Counted from the stretch's first letter, positions 39,058 through 49,597 are shown. The stretch: DNA of 64,000 nt from Mycobacteriales bacterium (GCA_035547515.1 DASZUS010000027.1:9189-73188); one strand, 5' to 3'. Made by a program: numbers and translations. The notes: generated by a model from the sequence alone, not told the origin.

Positions 39058-40590
39058 TCAGCGCGAGCCGGTGATCTCGTCCACGAGCTGGGCTGCCGTG
39101 TCGCAGCGGGCCAGCAGATCCTCGACGTGCGCCCGGGTACCGCGCAGCGGTTCGAGCATCGGCACCCGCTGCAGCGAGTCGCGGCCGACGTCGAAGATCA
39201 CCGAGTCCCAGGAGGCCGCGGCGACGTCACCGCCGTACTTCGCCAGGCAGCGCCCGCGGAAGTAGGCCCGGGTGTCTTCCGGCGGCTCCAGCACGGCGCG
39301 CTCGATCTCGGCGTCGGCCAGCAACCGCCGCATCCGGCCGCGGGCGACGAGCCGGTTGTACAACCCCTTGTCTTCGCGCACGTCGCTGTACTGAAGGTCG
39401 ACGAGCTGCAGCTTGTGCGCGCTCCAGTCGAGCCCCTCGCGATCCCGGTAGCCCTCGAGCAGCGACAGCTTCGCCACCCAGTCCAGCTCGTCGGCCAGCG
39501 ACATCGGGTCGTCGGCCAGCCGGACGAGGACCTGCTCCCACTCGGCCAGGACGTCCATCGTGTCTGAGTCGGCGTCGGACCCGTAGCGCGACGACACGAA
39601 CTTGCGGGCCTGCTCGAGGAACTCGGATTGCACGTCGAGCGCCGTCACCGTCCGGCCGTCCCGCAGCTTGACCGTGTGCTTGAGCGAGGGGTCGTGCGAG
39701 ATCGCGCGAAGCGCCGCGACGGGCGCTTCGATCCCAAGGTCCACCCCTGTCTCGGCGAACCAGCCTTCTTCAATCATCGACAGGACGATCGAGGTGGTCC
39801 CGAGCTTCAGGTACGTCGACACCTCGCTCATGTTGGCGTCACCGATGATCACGTGGAGCCGGCGGTAGCGCTCTGGATCCGCATGCGGCTCGTCGCGGGT
39901 GTTGATGATCGGACGCTTCAGCGTCGTCTCGAGTCCGACTTCGACTTCGAAGAAGTCGGCGCGCTGCGAGATCTGGAACCCGTGCGCGTGCCCGTCCTGC
40001 CCGATGCCGACGCGTCCGGCACCGCACACGACCTGGCGGGTCACGAAGAACGGCGTCAGATATCGGACGATGTCGGCAAACGCCGTCTCGCGGCGCATCA
40101 AGTAGTTCTCGTGGGCGCCGTACGACGCGCCCTTGTTGTCCGTGTTGTTCTTGTACAGCTGGATCTGGCCGGCGCCGGGGATGCGGACCGCGTGCTCGGC
40201 CGCGCGCGCCATCACCTTCTCCCCCGCCTTGTCCCACACCACCGCGTCGCGCGGGTTGGTCACCTCGGGCGAGGAGTACTCCGGGTGCGCGTGGTCGACG
40301 TAGAGCCGGGCGCCGCTGGTCAGGATCGCGTTGGCCAGACCCACCTCGTCGTCACCGAGCACGTCGGGCTCACGCGACGCCGCCCCGCCGGCATCGAAGC
40401 CGCGTGCGTCGCGCAGCGGCGACTCCTCCTCGAAGTCCCAGCGAGGGCTGCGCTCGCGTGACCCGTGGTTGGTCAAGCTCAGGTAGGCGTTGACGATCTG
40501 GCTCGACGCGAGCATGTGGTTTGCCGGGCCGTGTCCCGGCACCGCAATGCCGTACTCGGTCTCGGTGCCCATGACACGCCGCACGGCCAT
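39058..40590 (-). CDS. dop: Depupylase/deamidase Dop
   Basis: About 510 aa. [43 protein letters not shown], with a longer insert than PafA. Start taken at ATG 40590 (the track ORF begins at TTG 40596). Confidence 0.9.
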   Translation of the reverse strand: MAVRRVMGTETEYGIAVPGHGPANHMLASSQIVNAYLSLTNHGSRERSPRWDFEEESPLRDARGFDAGGAASREPDVLGDDEVGLANAILTSGARLYVDHAHPEYSSPEVTNPRDAVVWDKAGEKVMARAAEHAVRIPGAGQIQLYKNNTDNKGASYGAHENYLMRRETAFADIVRYLTPFFVTRQVVCGAGRVGIGQDGHAHGFQISQRADFFEVEVGLETTLKRPIINTRDEPHADPERYRRLHVIIGDANMSEVSTYLKLGTTSIVLSMIEEGWFAETGVDLGIEAPVAALRAISHDPSLKHTVKLRDGRTVTALDVQSEFLEQARKFVSSRYGSDADSDTMDVLAEWEQVLVRLADDPMSLADELDWVAKLSLLEGYRDREGLDWSAHKLQLVDLQYSDVREDKGLYNRLVARGRMRRLLADAEIERAVLEPPEDTRAYFRGRCLAKYGGDVAAASWDSVIFDVGRDSLQRVPMLEPLRGTRAHVEDLLARCDTAAQLVDEITGSR

Positions 40591-40630
40591 AGCCAAAGGC
40601 TAGTCGCCGGACGTGACGCCGCCCGGTTCT

Positions 40631-42400
40631 TTACAGGTACTGGCCGGTGTTCGCGACGGTGTCGATGCTGCGGCCGGACTCGTCGCCCTGCTTTCCGGTG
40701 ACCAGCGTGCGGATGTAGACGATCCGCTCGCCCTTCTTGCCGGAGATCCGCGCCCAGTCGTCGGGGTTGGTCGTGTTCGGAAGGTCCTCGTTCTCCTTGA
40801 ACTCGTCCACGCAGGCCGACAGCAGATGGTTGATCCGCAGGCCCTTCTGCCCGAACTCCAGGAAGTCCTTGATGGCCATCTTCTTCGCCCGCGCGACGAT
40901 GTTCTCGATCATCGCGCCGGAGTTGAAGTCCCGGAAGTAGAGCACCTCTTTGTCACCGTTGGCGTAGGTGACCTCGAGGAACCGGTTCTCCTCGCTCTCG
41001 GCGTACATCCGCTCGACGGTCCGCTGGATCATCGCCTCGAGCGTCGCCTCGCGGGAGTTGCCGTTCTCCGACAGGTCGTCCGGGTGCAGCGGGAGGTCGC
41101 TGACGAGGTACTTGGAGAAGATGTCGCGCGCCGCTTCGGCGTCGGGCCGCTCGATCTTGATCTTCACGTCGAGCCGCCCCGGCCGAAGGATGGCCGGGTC
41201 GATCATGTCCTCGCGGTTCGAGGCCCCGATGACGATGACGTTCTCGAGGCCCTCCACGCCGTCGATCTCGCTCAGCAGCTGCGGGACGATCGTGTTCTCG
41301 ACGTCCGAAGAGACCCCGGAGCCCCTAGTACGGAAGATCGAGTCCATCTCGTCGAAGAACACGATCACCGGTGTGCCCTCGCTGGCCTTCTCGCGGGCTC
41401 GCTGGAACACCAGCCGGATGTGCCGCTCGGTCTCACCGACGTACTTGTTGAGCAGCTCCGGGCCCTTGATGTTCAGGAAGTACGACCGACCCTCGCCCTT
41501 GCCAGCCGCGGCAACCTTCTTCGCCAACGAGTTGGCGACTGCCTTGGCGATCAGCGTCTTGCCGCACCCCGGAGGCCCGTAGAGCAGGATTCCCTTCGGC
41601 GGGCGCAGCTGATGCTCGACGAACAACTCCTTGTGCAGGAACGGCAGCTCGACCGCGTCGCGGATCATCTCGATCTGGTCGCCCAGGCCACCGATGTCCT
41701 CGTAGTCGATGTCGGGCACCTCTTCGAGGACCAGCTCCTCGACCTCGGACTTCGGGATCCGCTCGTAGGCATAGCCCGACCGGCCCTCGATCATCAGCGA
41801 GTCGCCGGGCCGCAACGCCACGTCGAGCAGCGAGTCGGCCAGCATCACGACCCGCTCCTCGTCGGTATGGCCGATCACCAGTGCCCGGTCGCCGCCCTCG
41901 AGCACTTCCTTCAGCATGACGATGTCGCCCTGGCGCTCGTACGAGAGCGCCTCGACCACGTTGAGCGCCTCGTTGAGCATGACCTCCTGGCCGCGCTTGA
42001 GCTGCTCGGCGTCCAGCGAGGGCGAGACTGCGACTCGCAGCTTGCGGCCGCCGGTAAAGATGTCGACGGTGCCGTCGGAGTGCAGACCCAGGAAGTAGCC
42101 GTAACCCGAAGGCGGCTGGGCGAGGCGGTCGACCTCTTCCTTCAGCGCGACGATCTGCTCGCGCGCCTCCTTCAGGGTGTTCACGAGCAGCTCGTTACGG
42201 CTCAGCGCTCCGGAGAGCTCCGCCTGCACCTGCGCCAGCCGTTCGTCGATGCCGAGCCCGCCTCGCGGCGCGACCGACATCCGGCGGCGCAGACTGGCGA
42301 TCTCCGCCTCCAGGTAGGAGACCTGGTCGGCAAGCTCCTGAGCGCGTTCTTCAGACCTCGCGGCACGTGCCTCGGCGTCCTCGCGTGCGGGCACGGGCAC
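40631..42400 (-). CDS. mpa: Proteasome-associated AAA ATPase Mpa/ARC
   Basis: 589 aa. N-terminal coiled coil, Walker A GPPGCGKT, Walker B FFDEMD, and a C-terminal GQYL proteasome-docking motif. Confidence 0.95.
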   Translation of the reverse strand: MPVPAREDAEARAARSEERAQELADQVSYLEAEIASLRRRMSVAPRGGLGIDERLAQVQAELSGALSRNELLVNTLKEAREQIVALKEEVDRLAQPPSGYGYFLGLHSDGTVDIFTGGRKLRVAVSPSLDAEQLKRGQEVMLNEALNVVEALSYERQGDIVMLKEVLEGGDRALVIGHTDEERVVMLADSLLDVALRPGDSLMIEGRSGYAYERIPKSEVEELVLEEVPDIDYEDIGGLGDQIEMIRDAVELPFLHKELFVEHQLRPPKGILLYGPPGCGKTLIAKAVANSLAKKVAAAGKGEGRSYFLNIKGPELLNKYVGETERHIRLVFQRAREKASEGTPVIVFFDEMDSIFRTRGSGVSSDVENTIVPQLLSEIDGVEGLENVIVIGASNREDMIDPAILRPGRLDVKIKIERPDAEAARDIFSKYLVSDLPLHPDDLSENGNSREATLEAMIQRTVERMYAESEENRFLEVTYANGDKEVLYFRDFNSGAMIENIVARAKKMAIKDFLEFGQKGLRINHLLSACVDEFKENEDLPNTTNPDDWARISGKKGERIVYIRTLVTGKQGDESGRSIDTVANTGQYL

Positions 42401-42522
42401 CTCCTTGTTCGGGTCCGTTCTCGGCCTGGGCCGAGCCTATAACTGAGGGAAACGACGGATCAGGCAAATAGTCACCCGCCGCGAGTCGCTCAAACGGCCG
42501 ATGCCGACCCGCTGCGCCACCG

Positions 42523-43380
42523 CTAGCCGTGGGCGCCCTTCGACGGCCGCCGGCGGCGGACCGGCGCCGTTACGCCCGGGGCCAGCCGCCGCGCTGTCAC
42601 GAGGAACCCGGTGTGACCGATCATCCGGTGCTCCGGGCGGACCGCCAGGCCGTCGACGTGCCACCCGCGCACCATCGACTCCCACGGCGCCGGCTCGGAG
42701 AACCCGCCGTGCGATCGCAGCGCCTCGACGGTGGCCGAGAGCTGGGTGGTCGTCGCGACGTACGCGCACAGCACCCCGCCCGGCACGAGCAACCGGGCGG
42801 CGGGTTCGACGACCTCCCAGGGCGCCAACATGTCGAGCACCACCCGGTCGGCGACTCCGTCACCAGCGGCCTCGACGACGTCACCGATCTCGAGCGTCCA
42901 TGTCGGCGGGAGCTCGCCGAAGAACCGCTCCACATTGGCGCGCGCCACGTCCGCGAACTCCTCGCGGCGTTCGTACGACGTGACCGACCCGGTCGCCCCG
43001 ACGGCTCGCAGCAGGCTGCACGTCAGCGCCCCGGAGCCGGCGCCGGCTTCGATGACGTTGGCGCCCGGGCAGATGTCGGCCATCGCAACGATCTGCGCCG
43101 CGTCCTTCGGGTAGACGATGGTGGCGCCGCGCGGCATTGACAGGACGTAGTCGCTGAGCAACGGCCGCAGTGCCAGGTAGTCGGTGCCGCCGGCTGAGGT
43201 GACGACGATCCCCTCCGGCTTGCCGATCAGCTCGTCGTGCGGGATCACTCCGCGATGGGTGTGGAACTCCTTGCCCGAGGCGAGCTGGATCGTGTGCATG
43301 CGGCCTTTGGGGTCGGTCAGCTGGACCAGGTCGCCCTCGGCGAGGGGTCCGAGGCCGCGGCGCTGCGGGCTGTGCTTCAC
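42523..43380 (-). CDS. trmI: tRNA (adenine58-N1)-methyltransferase TrmI
   Basis: 285 aa. Gcd14-like N-terminus (GDLVQLTDPKGRMHT...), SAM motif VIEAGAGSGALT, and its position next to mpa. Confidence 0.85.
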   Translation of the reverse strand: MKHSPQRRGLGPLAEGDLVQLTDPKGRMHTIQLASGKEFHTHRGVIPHDELIGKPEGIVVTSAGGTDYLALRPLLSDYVLSMPRGATIVYPKDAAQIVAMADICPGANVIEAGAGSGALTCSLLRAVGATGSVTSYERREEFADVARANVERFFGELPPTWTLEIGDVVEAAGDGVADRVVLDMLAPWEVVEPAARLLVPGGVLCAYVATTTQLSATVEALRSHGGFSEPAPWESMVRGWHVDGLAVRPEHRMIGHTGFLVTARRLAPGVTAPVRRRRPSKGAHG

Positions 43381-43410
43381 CCGAGGATGTCTACCGGAGG
43401 CGGGCAGCGG

Positions 43411-44556
43411 CTAGCGAACGCCCGATGCCCGCAGCAGCGCGATCAGGTCCACCCGTGCCAGCACTCCCTGCAGGGCCCCGTCCGCACCCGCGACGAGGTA
43501 CTCGGTCGCGGGGACGCGCTGTACGGCGGTCATGAGGTCTTCGCCGCTGAGCGAGGGAGACAGCACGAGGCCTGCTTCGACCGGGCGGGCGAGGTCGCTT
43601 ACCGACATCCACGGCTGACGTTCGGCGGGCGTGGCCTGCACGGCGGCCTCGGACACGATCCCGGACCAACGCTCCCGGCCATCGACGACGACCAGCGCGC
43701 GTGCCCCGATCTCCCGGGCCCGGCGTACCGCCTCCGCCAGCGGCAGCTGCGCCTCGACCGTGAGAGCCGGGCGAACCAGCCGGGACAGCTCCAGGCGCGG
43801 GATGACAGCCCCGACCCGCGCCTGCGCGATCGACATCGATGCGTTCCACCAGACGAAGTACGAGATGAGCAGGAGGTAGACCGCGGTCAGCGCCGCATCG
43901 CCGGAGTCGTAGCTCGGGGCGAAGATCGCGGCGGCGGCAGTCACCGCGGCGACACCGCGGCCGACCCAGCCGGCGATCAGCAGGGCGCGCATCCGGTCGC
44001 CCGTGACGTGCCAGAGCGCCGCGCGCAGCAGACGCCCGCCGTCGAGCGGCATGCCGGGCAGCAGGTTGAAGGCGGCGACGACACCGTTGATGGTGGCCGT
44101 CGAGTTGGCCAGCAGCCATCCGACGGAGTGCTCGGGGAAGCCCGCACCAACCGCGGCGAAGATGCCGGCAAGCAGCACCGAGGTCAGCGGGCCAACCGCC
44201 GCGACCAGATACTCGCGGCCCGGGGTCTGCGGCTCGTCGAGCACCTCGGAGACCGCGCCGAGCAGCTGCAGGACGACGCGGCCGACCCGCAGGCCCAGCG
44301 CCTTCGCAACCAGGACGTGGCTCGCTTCATGGGCGAGCACCGCGGCATAGACCAGAAGGATGAGCGCGAGCGCGACGAGGTAGCTGCCGGCGTCGCTGAC
44401 GTTGACGTTGGCACGGATCTCACTCGGCCCGAGCATGGTGCCGACCACCACGAGCAGAATCCAGGCCGGCGAGATCACGAGCGGCACGCCGAAGATGCGC
44501 CCCGCCGGGATGCCACCCACAGGCCGGATCGGCTGCGGCGACGACTCCTCGCTCAC
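43411..44556 (-). CDS. Site-2 (M50) metalloprotease with CBS domain pair
   Basis: HEASHVLVAKALG (HExxH), NLLPGMPLDGGR, and a C-terminal CBS-like region. Polytopic membrane protein. Confidence 0.8.
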   Translation of the reverse strand: MSEESSPQPIRPVGGIPAGRIFGVPLVISPAWILLVVVGTMLGPSEIRANVNVSDAGSYLVALALILLVYAAVLAHEASHVLVAKALGLRVGRVVLQLLGAVSEVLDEPQTPGREYLVAAVGPLTSVLLAGIFAAVGAGFPEHSVGWLLANSTATINGVVAAFNLLPGMPLDGGRLLRAALWHVTGDRMRALLIAGWVGRGVAAVTAAAAIFAPSYDSGDAALTAVYLLLISYFVWWNASMSIAQARVGAVIPRLELSRLVRPALTVEAQLPLAEAVRRAREIGARALVVVDGRERWSGIVSEAAVQATPAERQPWMSVSDLARPVEAGLVLSPSLSGEDLMTAVQRVPATEYLVAGADGALQGVLARVDLIALLRASGVR

Positions 44557-44629
44557 TAGCCAATCGTAGGCGGGTGCGGCTGAGGGATCTTCAGCGTTGG
44601 CTGCAGCCGAGCCCGCGCGTCTCGCGAGA

Positions 44630-44652
44630 TTGTCGGCGCCAGCGTCTACGGT
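44630..44652 (+). promoter_or_regulatory. RecA-NDp / PafBC-type promoter motif (TTGTCGGCG-N8-TACGGT), predicting a leaderless transcript
   Basis: TTGTCGGCG at 44630-44638, 8 nt, TACGGT at 44647-44652, then 6 nt to the ATG at 44659. The consensus recalled from the literature is tTGTCRgtg-N8-TAnnnT. Confidence 0.45.
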
Positions 44653-44658
44653 CAGCTC

Positions 44659-45693
44659 ATGTCAGAGATGCGCGAGCCGATCGCCGCCACGGCGGTCATC
44701 GATCTGACGTCGGCCCCGTCCTCGCCGCCCGCCGAGCCGACGTGGTCGCTGTCGCCCTCGCGCGCCCTTGACTTCAAGAACTGCGCCTTGCTCTACCGGT
44801 TCCGGGTGATCGACCGCCTGCCCGAGCCGCCCAGCCTCGACGCCGCGCGCGGCACGGTTATCCACGGCGTTCTGGAGCGGCTGTTCGACCGCCCTGCGGC
44901 GGAGCGCACCAGTGAGGCTGCGCGCAGCGACGTGGAGCCGGGCTGGCTGGCGGTTCTCGAGGAGGATCCGGAGCTCGCCGCCATGGTCGAGAACGAGCCC
45001 GGTGGGCTGACCGAGCTGATCGCGTCGACGCGAACCCTCCTCGACAGCTACTTCACACTCGAAGACCCCCGCCGGATCGAGCCGGCGGAGCGTGAGGTCC
45101 TCGTCGAGATGACCACGCCGACGGGCGTTCACCTCAAGGGCTTCATCGACCGGGTGGACCGCTCGCCTGCCGGAGACATCCGAGTGGTCGACTACAAGAG
45201 CGGCAAAGCGCCGAGCGAGGCCTTCGAAGGCAAGGCGCTGTTCCAGCTCCGCTTCTACGCACTCGTCCTGTGGCGCACCACCGGCGTCCTTCCGCGCCTG
45301 CTCCGCCTGTACTACCTACGCGATCGCGAGATCCTCGACTACGCACCGGACGCTGCCGACCTCGAGTCGCTCGAGCGCCAGGTCGAGGCGATCGCTGCGG
45401 CGATCCAGAAGGCGCGGAGCACCGGCGACTGGCGCCACAAGCCGAGCAAGCTGTGCAGCTGGTGCTCGTTTCAGTCGCTCTGCCCCGAGTTCGGAGGTAC
45501 GCCGCCGGCACTGCCTGATCTGCCGACGAGCAGCAACAGTGAGTCGACGGTGAGCTCGGTCAGGCTCGAGACCAGCACCCTTCCGGGAGCCGGCTCGATC
45601 GGCACCAGCCACGGGACCGCAACTACCTTGCAGCCGGCCGACTCGGCAGAGGTCACCCCGCTGATCGCGTCTTCGAGCACCACAGCCTCCTGA
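44659..45693 (+). CDS. RecB/Cas4-like PD-(D/E)XK nuclease with Fe-S cysteines (Rv2119-like)
   Basis: GFIDRVD...VVDYKSGK nuclease core. Cys ligands are FKNC near the N-terminus and C266-x2-C269-x5-C275 (LCSWCSFQSLCP). A 60-aa low-complexity tail runs antisense to the HAD gene. Confidence 0.75.
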   Translation: MSEMREPIAATAVIDLTSAPSSPPAEPTWSLSPSRALDFKNCALLYRFRVIDRLPEPPSLDAARGTVIHGVLERLFDRPAAERTSEAARSDVEPGWLAVLEEDPELAAMVENEPGGLTELIASTRTLLDSYFTLEDPRRIEPAEREVLVEMTTPTGVHLKGFIDRVDRSPAGDIRVVDYKSGKAPSEAFEGKALFQLRFYALVLWRTTGVLPRLLRLYYLRDREILDYAPDAADLESLERQVEAIAAAIQKARSTGDWRHKPSKLCSWCSFQSLCPEFGGTPPALPDLPTSSNSESTVSSVRLETSTLPGAGSIGTSHGTATTLQPADSAEVTPLIASSSTTAS

Positions 45694-46169
45694 GGGGCGA
45701 CACCGAGGCGCCGGCAGGCCGTGAGGTAGGGCTCCGGGTGTGGCTTGCCCTGCCCGACCTCGTCGCCAGCAACGCTGACATCGAACCGATCGTGACCGAT
45801 GACGTCGAGCACCGCGTCGACCAGCACGCGGTACGACGACGAGACCAGCCCGGTGGGGACCCCCGCCGCGCGTAAGCCGTCCAGCAGCTCTAGCGCCCCC
45901 GGCATCAGCGGCAGGTCGCTGCGATAGAGCTCGACCATGCGGCCAAGCAGGAAGGCCATCGCGGAGGCGACCTCGGTCGACCCGCGCGGCACGTCGTACC
46001 AATCGAGGATCGTGGCGATCGCGGTGTCCAGGCGGGTGCCGATGATCGCAGCCTTCAGCTCGTCGCTCCACGTCCCGCCGAGATGATCGGCGAGCTCGAT
46101 CTCCGCGAGGGTCCAGAGCGGTTCGCTGTCGACCAGCAAGCCGTCCATGTCGAACAGGACGGCTGGCAT
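45471..46169 (-). CDS. HAD-superfamily hydrolase (beta-phosphoglucomutase/phosphatase-like)
   Basis: 232 aa. VLFDMDGLLVDSE (DxD motif), LVSSS, and EDAISGVTSAESAG. Confidence 0.8.
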   Translation of the reverse strand: MPAVLFDMDGLLVDSEPLWTLAEIELADHLGGTWSDELKAAIIGTRLDTAIATILDWYDVPRGSTEVASAMAFLLGRMVELYRSDLPLMPGALELLDGLRAAGVPTGLVSSSYRVLVDAVLDVIGHDRFDVSVAGDEVGQGKPHPEPYLTACRRLGVAPQEAVVLEDAISGVTSAESAGCKVVAVPWLVPIEPAPGRVLVSSLTELTVDSLLLLVGRSGSAGGVPPNSGQSD

Positions 46170-46263
46170 CGCCTGCGATCCTAGGCTCCGTGACTGTTGC
46201 GGGCGCCTGGCGATACGGTGCGTGCACTGTCCGCCAGCAGCGACCGCAGCCAGGGGTGAGTAC

Positions 46264-46728
46264 GTGGCCAGCTACAACAACATCCTCGTCGGAACCGACG
46301 GATCCGCGTCGTCGTTCCGCGCGGTGGAGCGTGCGGCGGCGGTTGCATCCGACACCGGTGCGACGCTGATCATCGCCTCGGCCTACCAGCCGATCTCCGA
46401 GCGCGATCGCAGCCGGGCCACCCAGGAGCTCGGCGACGCGGCGTACAAGGTCATGGGCGCCAACCCGGCGGAGGACGCACTTGCCGACGCCAAGGGCATC
46501 GCCACCAAGGCCGGCGCCAAGAGCATCAAGACGATTGCGGAAGCCGGCGACCCGGTCGACGTGCTCGTCGAGCTGATCGAGGCGCACCAGGTCGACCTCT
46601 GCATCATCGGCAACCGCGGGCTGAACAGCCTGGCCGGGCGACTGCTCGGCTCGGTGCCCGCCAACATCAGCCACCGGGCGGCCTGCGACGTCCTCATCGT
46701 CCACACGACCGGCGGCGGAAGGTCCTAG
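46264..46728 (+). CDS. Universal stress protein
   Basis: Reads VASYNNILVGTDGSASSFRAVERAA...LCIIGNRGLNSLAGRLLGSVPANISHRAACDVLIVH from the GTG at 46264, a UspA ATP-binding pattern. Confidence 0.8.
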   Translation: MASYNNILVGTDGSASSFRAVERAAAVASDTGATLIIASAYQPISERDRSRATQELGDAAYKVMGANPAEDALADAKGIATKAGAKSIKTIAEAGDPVDVLVELIEAHQVDLCIIGNRGLNSLAGRLLGSVPANISHRAACDVLIVHTTGGGRS

Positions 46729-46771
46729 AAACGCACCCGCGACCGTCCTCGGCCGGGCATACCCTGGCCAG

Positions 46772-47608
46772 ATGAGCGACTCCCGCGGCGCTGGTCCTCG
46801 CCGCGCGATGATCGCCGCGTTCGAGGGATGGAACGACGCCGCAGACGCGGCGACGAATGCGATCGAGCACCTCGAGCGGGAGTGGCAGGCGAAGCCGTTC
46901 GCTGCGATCGACCCCGAGGACTACTACGACTACCAGGTCAACCGGCCCACGGTTCGCCTCGTCGACGGGGTCACCCGGCGGATCGACTGGCCGACCACCC
47001 GGCTCGCCCTCGCGACGGTCGGCGACCGTGAGGTCGTCCTGCTGCGCGGGCTCGAGCCGAACATGCGCTGGCGTGCGTTCTGCGACGAGCTGGTCGCCTT
47101 CGCCGACGAGCTCGACGTCGACCAGGTCGTCTGCCTCGCGGCACTGCTCGCCGACGTCCCTCACACCCGCCCGATCGACGTCAACGGGTCAGCGTCGGAC
47201 GAGGAGCTCGCCACTGCACTGGGGCTCACAAAGTCGCGGTACGAAGGGCCTACCGGCGTGGTCAGCGTGTTCCACCAGGCGCTCGCCGACACCGGCCGCA
47301 GCGTCGTGACGTACTGGGCGAGCGTGCCGCACTACTTCGCGCAGCCGCCGTGCCCGAAGGCCACCCTCACGCTGCTGCACCGGGTCGAGGACGCACTCGA
47401 CATCACGATCCCGCTCGGCGAGCTTCCTGAGGCGTCGCAGACCTGGGAGAACGACGTCGATGCCCTGGCACAGGACGACGGCGAGATCGCCGACTACATC
47501 GCCTCGCTGGAGCTCCGCGACGACCAGTCATCGCTCCCGGAGGCCTCCGGCGAGGCGATCGCTCGGGCCTTCGAGCGATACCTGCGACGGCACGACTCAG
47601 CGGACTAG
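46772..47608 (+). CDS. PAC2 (proteasome assembly chaperone 2-like) family protein
   Basis: 278 aa. MIAAFEGWNDAADAATNAIEHL... matches my memory of actinobacterial PAC2-family proteins (Rv2125-like). Confidence 0.7.
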   Translation: MSDSRGAGPRRAMIAAFEGWNDAADAATNAIEHLEREWQAKPFAAIDPEDYYDYQVNRPTVRLVDGVTRRIDWPTTRLALATVGDREVVLLRGLEPNMRWRAFCDELVAFADELDVDQVVCLAALLADVPHTRPIDVNGSASDEELATALGLTKSRYEGPTGVVSVFHQALADTGRSVVTYWASVPHYFAQPPCPKATLTLLHRVEDALDITIPLGELPEASQTWENDVDALAQDDGEIADYIASLELRDDQSSLPEASGEAIARAFERYLRRHDSAD

Positions 47609-48834
47609 CTGATCCCCAAAAGGGCGTCGACAGCTGCTCGGGCCTTGCTCGGCGCGCCGGCGTCGCTCCCTTCGCTCAGGCTCCAGGTGTCGACGATCTC
47701 GAGCGCACGTGGGGTGTCCAGGCCGGTGCGCAGGGCTTGGCGGAGGTCGGCGATCATGGGCTCGGCTGGAGACGCTTTCGGCCGGGTGAGCGCGCTGCGC
47801 CAGCTCGTGAGGCGGGTCGTTGCGGTGGCGAGCTCTTCGTCGTGGAACTCCCACGCCTCGGTGTGGTGGTGGGCCAGCAGGGCCAGCCGGATCGCCATCG
47901 GGTCGACGCCGCCGGCGCGCAGCTTCGACACGAAGACCAGGTTGCCGAGTGACTTGGACATCTTTACGCCCTTGTAGGACAGCAGCGCCTGGTGGACGTA
48001 GACCCCGGCGAAGCCGGGTGCGCCGTTGATCGTGGCGGCTTCCGCGGCACTGAGCTCGTGGTGCGGGAAGACCAGGTCCTCGCCGCCGCCCTGGATGTCG
48101 ATGGTCGCACCGAGGTAGCGCATCGCGATCGCGGCGCACTCGATGTGCCAGCCGGGTCGGCCTCGGCCGAGCGCGGACTCCCACGAAGGATCGCCCGGCC
48201 GTTCGTGCTGCCACAGCAGGCAGTCGAGCGGGTCCTTCTTGCCCGCCCGCTGCGGGTCACCGCCTCGCTCGGCGGACAGCCGCAGCATCTCTTCGCGGCC
48301 GAAGTGGCTGACCTCACCGAAGCCGGGTGCCGCGGACACCGCGAAGTAGGTGTCTCCGTCGAGCTCGTAGGCCGCACCGCTGTCGCGCAGGCGGACGATC
48401 GCGTCGACCACCGTGGGGATCGACTCGACTGCGCCGACGTAGTCGGCGGGCGCGAGCATCCGCAGCGCGGTCATGTCCTCGCGGAACAGCGCGATCTCGC
48501 GCTCGGCGAGCGCTCGCCAGTCCTCGCCCGTCGCCGCTGCCCGTTCCAGCAGCGGGTCATCGACATCGGTCACGTTCTGGACGTAGCGGACCGGCGTACC
48601 GGCATCGCGGCACACCCGCTGGAGCTCGTCGAAGAGCAGGTAGGTCGCGGCGTGGCCGAGGTGTGTCGCGTCGTACGGCGTGATGCCGCAGACGTACAGC
48701 GTCAGCTCGTCCTTCGACAGGTCGAGGGCGACGAGCCCGCCCCGGGCGGTGTCGCGGACCTGCACCGCGGCGTCGAGCGGTACGACGCCGTGGTCGGCGA
48801 GCGACGGCACCGAGGGTGAGTCCCAGGAACGCAC
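47605..48834 (-). CDS. mshC: L-cysteine:1D-myo-inositol 2-amino-2-deoxy-alpha-D-glucopyranoside ligase
   Basis: 409 aa. Class I synthetase-like CGITPYDATHLGHA (HIGH), KMSKSLGN (KMSKS) and GWHIECAAIA. Confidence 0.9.
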   Translation of the reverse strand: MRSWDSPSVPSLADHGVVPLDAAVQVRDTARGGLVALDLSKDELTLYVCGITPYDATHLGHAATYLLFDELQRVCRDAGTPVRYVQNVTDVDDPLLERAAATGEDWRALAEREIALFREDMTALRMLAPADYVGAVESIPTVVDAIVRLRDSGAAYELDGDTYFAVSAAPGFGEVSHFGREEMLRLSAERGGDPQRAGKKDPLDCLLWQHERPGDPSWESALGRGRPGWHIECAAIAMRYLGATIDIQGGGEDLVFPHHELSAAEAATINGAPGFAGVYVHQALLSYKGVKMSKSLGNLVFVSKLRAGGVDPMAIRLALLAHHHTEAWEFHDEELATATTRLTSWRSALTRPKASPAEPMIADLRQALRTGLDTPRALEIVDTWSLSEGSDAGAPSKARAAVDALLGIS

Positions 48835-48865
48835 GATCGGAGCCTACGGGTGGAGCATGCGGTGG

Positions 48866-49597
48866 CTAGAACGGCGGCCAGGGCATCGGCGGCCAGTCCC
48901 CGCTGGGCTGCGGGTGGCGGCCGGTCTCGAGCAGCCGGTTCACCCGGCGCCGCGTCGCCTCGACCTCCCGCCTCGTCAGCAGCTCCTCCAGCGTGCCACC
49001 CAGCCCGCCCGCGAGGTCGACCTTCAAGCCGCTGAGGACGTCGAGCGCCTCGTCGGTGAGCGGCTGGCCACGCCAGCCCCACAACACCGTGCGCAGCTTG
49101 TCGTCGACGGAGAAGCACACGCCGTGGTCGATGCCGTAGACGTGCCCGTCCGGCATCGGCAGCAGGTGACCGCCCTTGCGATCTGCGTTGTTGATCACCG
49201 CGTCGAAGACCGCCATCCGCCGGAGCGGCTCGATCGGGCTTCGCACCAGCTGCTCGAGGCTGACCGACTCGTCGGCGTTGATCCACAGCTGGCACATTCC
49301 CGGCCCGTAGGGCCCGTCGCGCATGACCGTGGGCGGGACGATGTCCCAGCCGCTTGCCGCCGAGACGGCGTACGCCGCGACCTCCCGGGCGGCGAGCGTC
49401 CCGTCGGGAAAGTCCCAGAGCGGCCGCTCCCCCGCGACCGGCTTGTAGACGCAGGCGGTCACCACGCCGGCGAGCGCGATCTCGCAGTAGAGCGTCGCGT
49501 TCGAGGCATCGATCATCTGGCCTTGCACGGAGAGCTCGCCCTCACGCAGCAGGCGCAGCACGTCGTCCGTGCCCAGCTCGCGCGCGGGTGCCGTCAT
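48866..49597 (-). CDS. SCO1664-family protein (PI3/PI4-kinase-like fold)
   Basis: 243 aa. VINNADRKGGHLL ... VYGIDHGVCF resembles the kinase catalytic DRHxxN and DFG-type loops. Confidence 0.65.
   Translation of the reverse strand: MTAPARELGTDDVLRLLREGELSVQGQMIDASNATLYCEIALAGVVTACVYKPVAGERPLWDFPDGTLAAREVAAYAVSAASGWDIVPPTVMRDGPYGPGMCQLWINADESVSLEQLVRSPIEPLRRMAVFDAVINNADRKGGHLLPMPDGHVYGIDHGVCFSVDDKLRTVLWGWRGQPLTDEALDVLSGLKVDLAGGLGGTLEELLTRREVEATRRRVNRLLETGRHPQPSGDWPPMPWPPF

Noticed and set aside
42420-42435. CTCGGCC-tg-GGCCGAG palindrome in the mpa leader
   Set aside because: A 7-bp stem with a 2-nt loop is sterically poor, and I found no associated promoter or known motif.
40613-42442. 609-aa ORF antisense to mpa
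   Set aside because: Same shadow-ORF reasoning. The mpa frame carries Walker A/B and GQYL, and the antisense product has no recognisable features.
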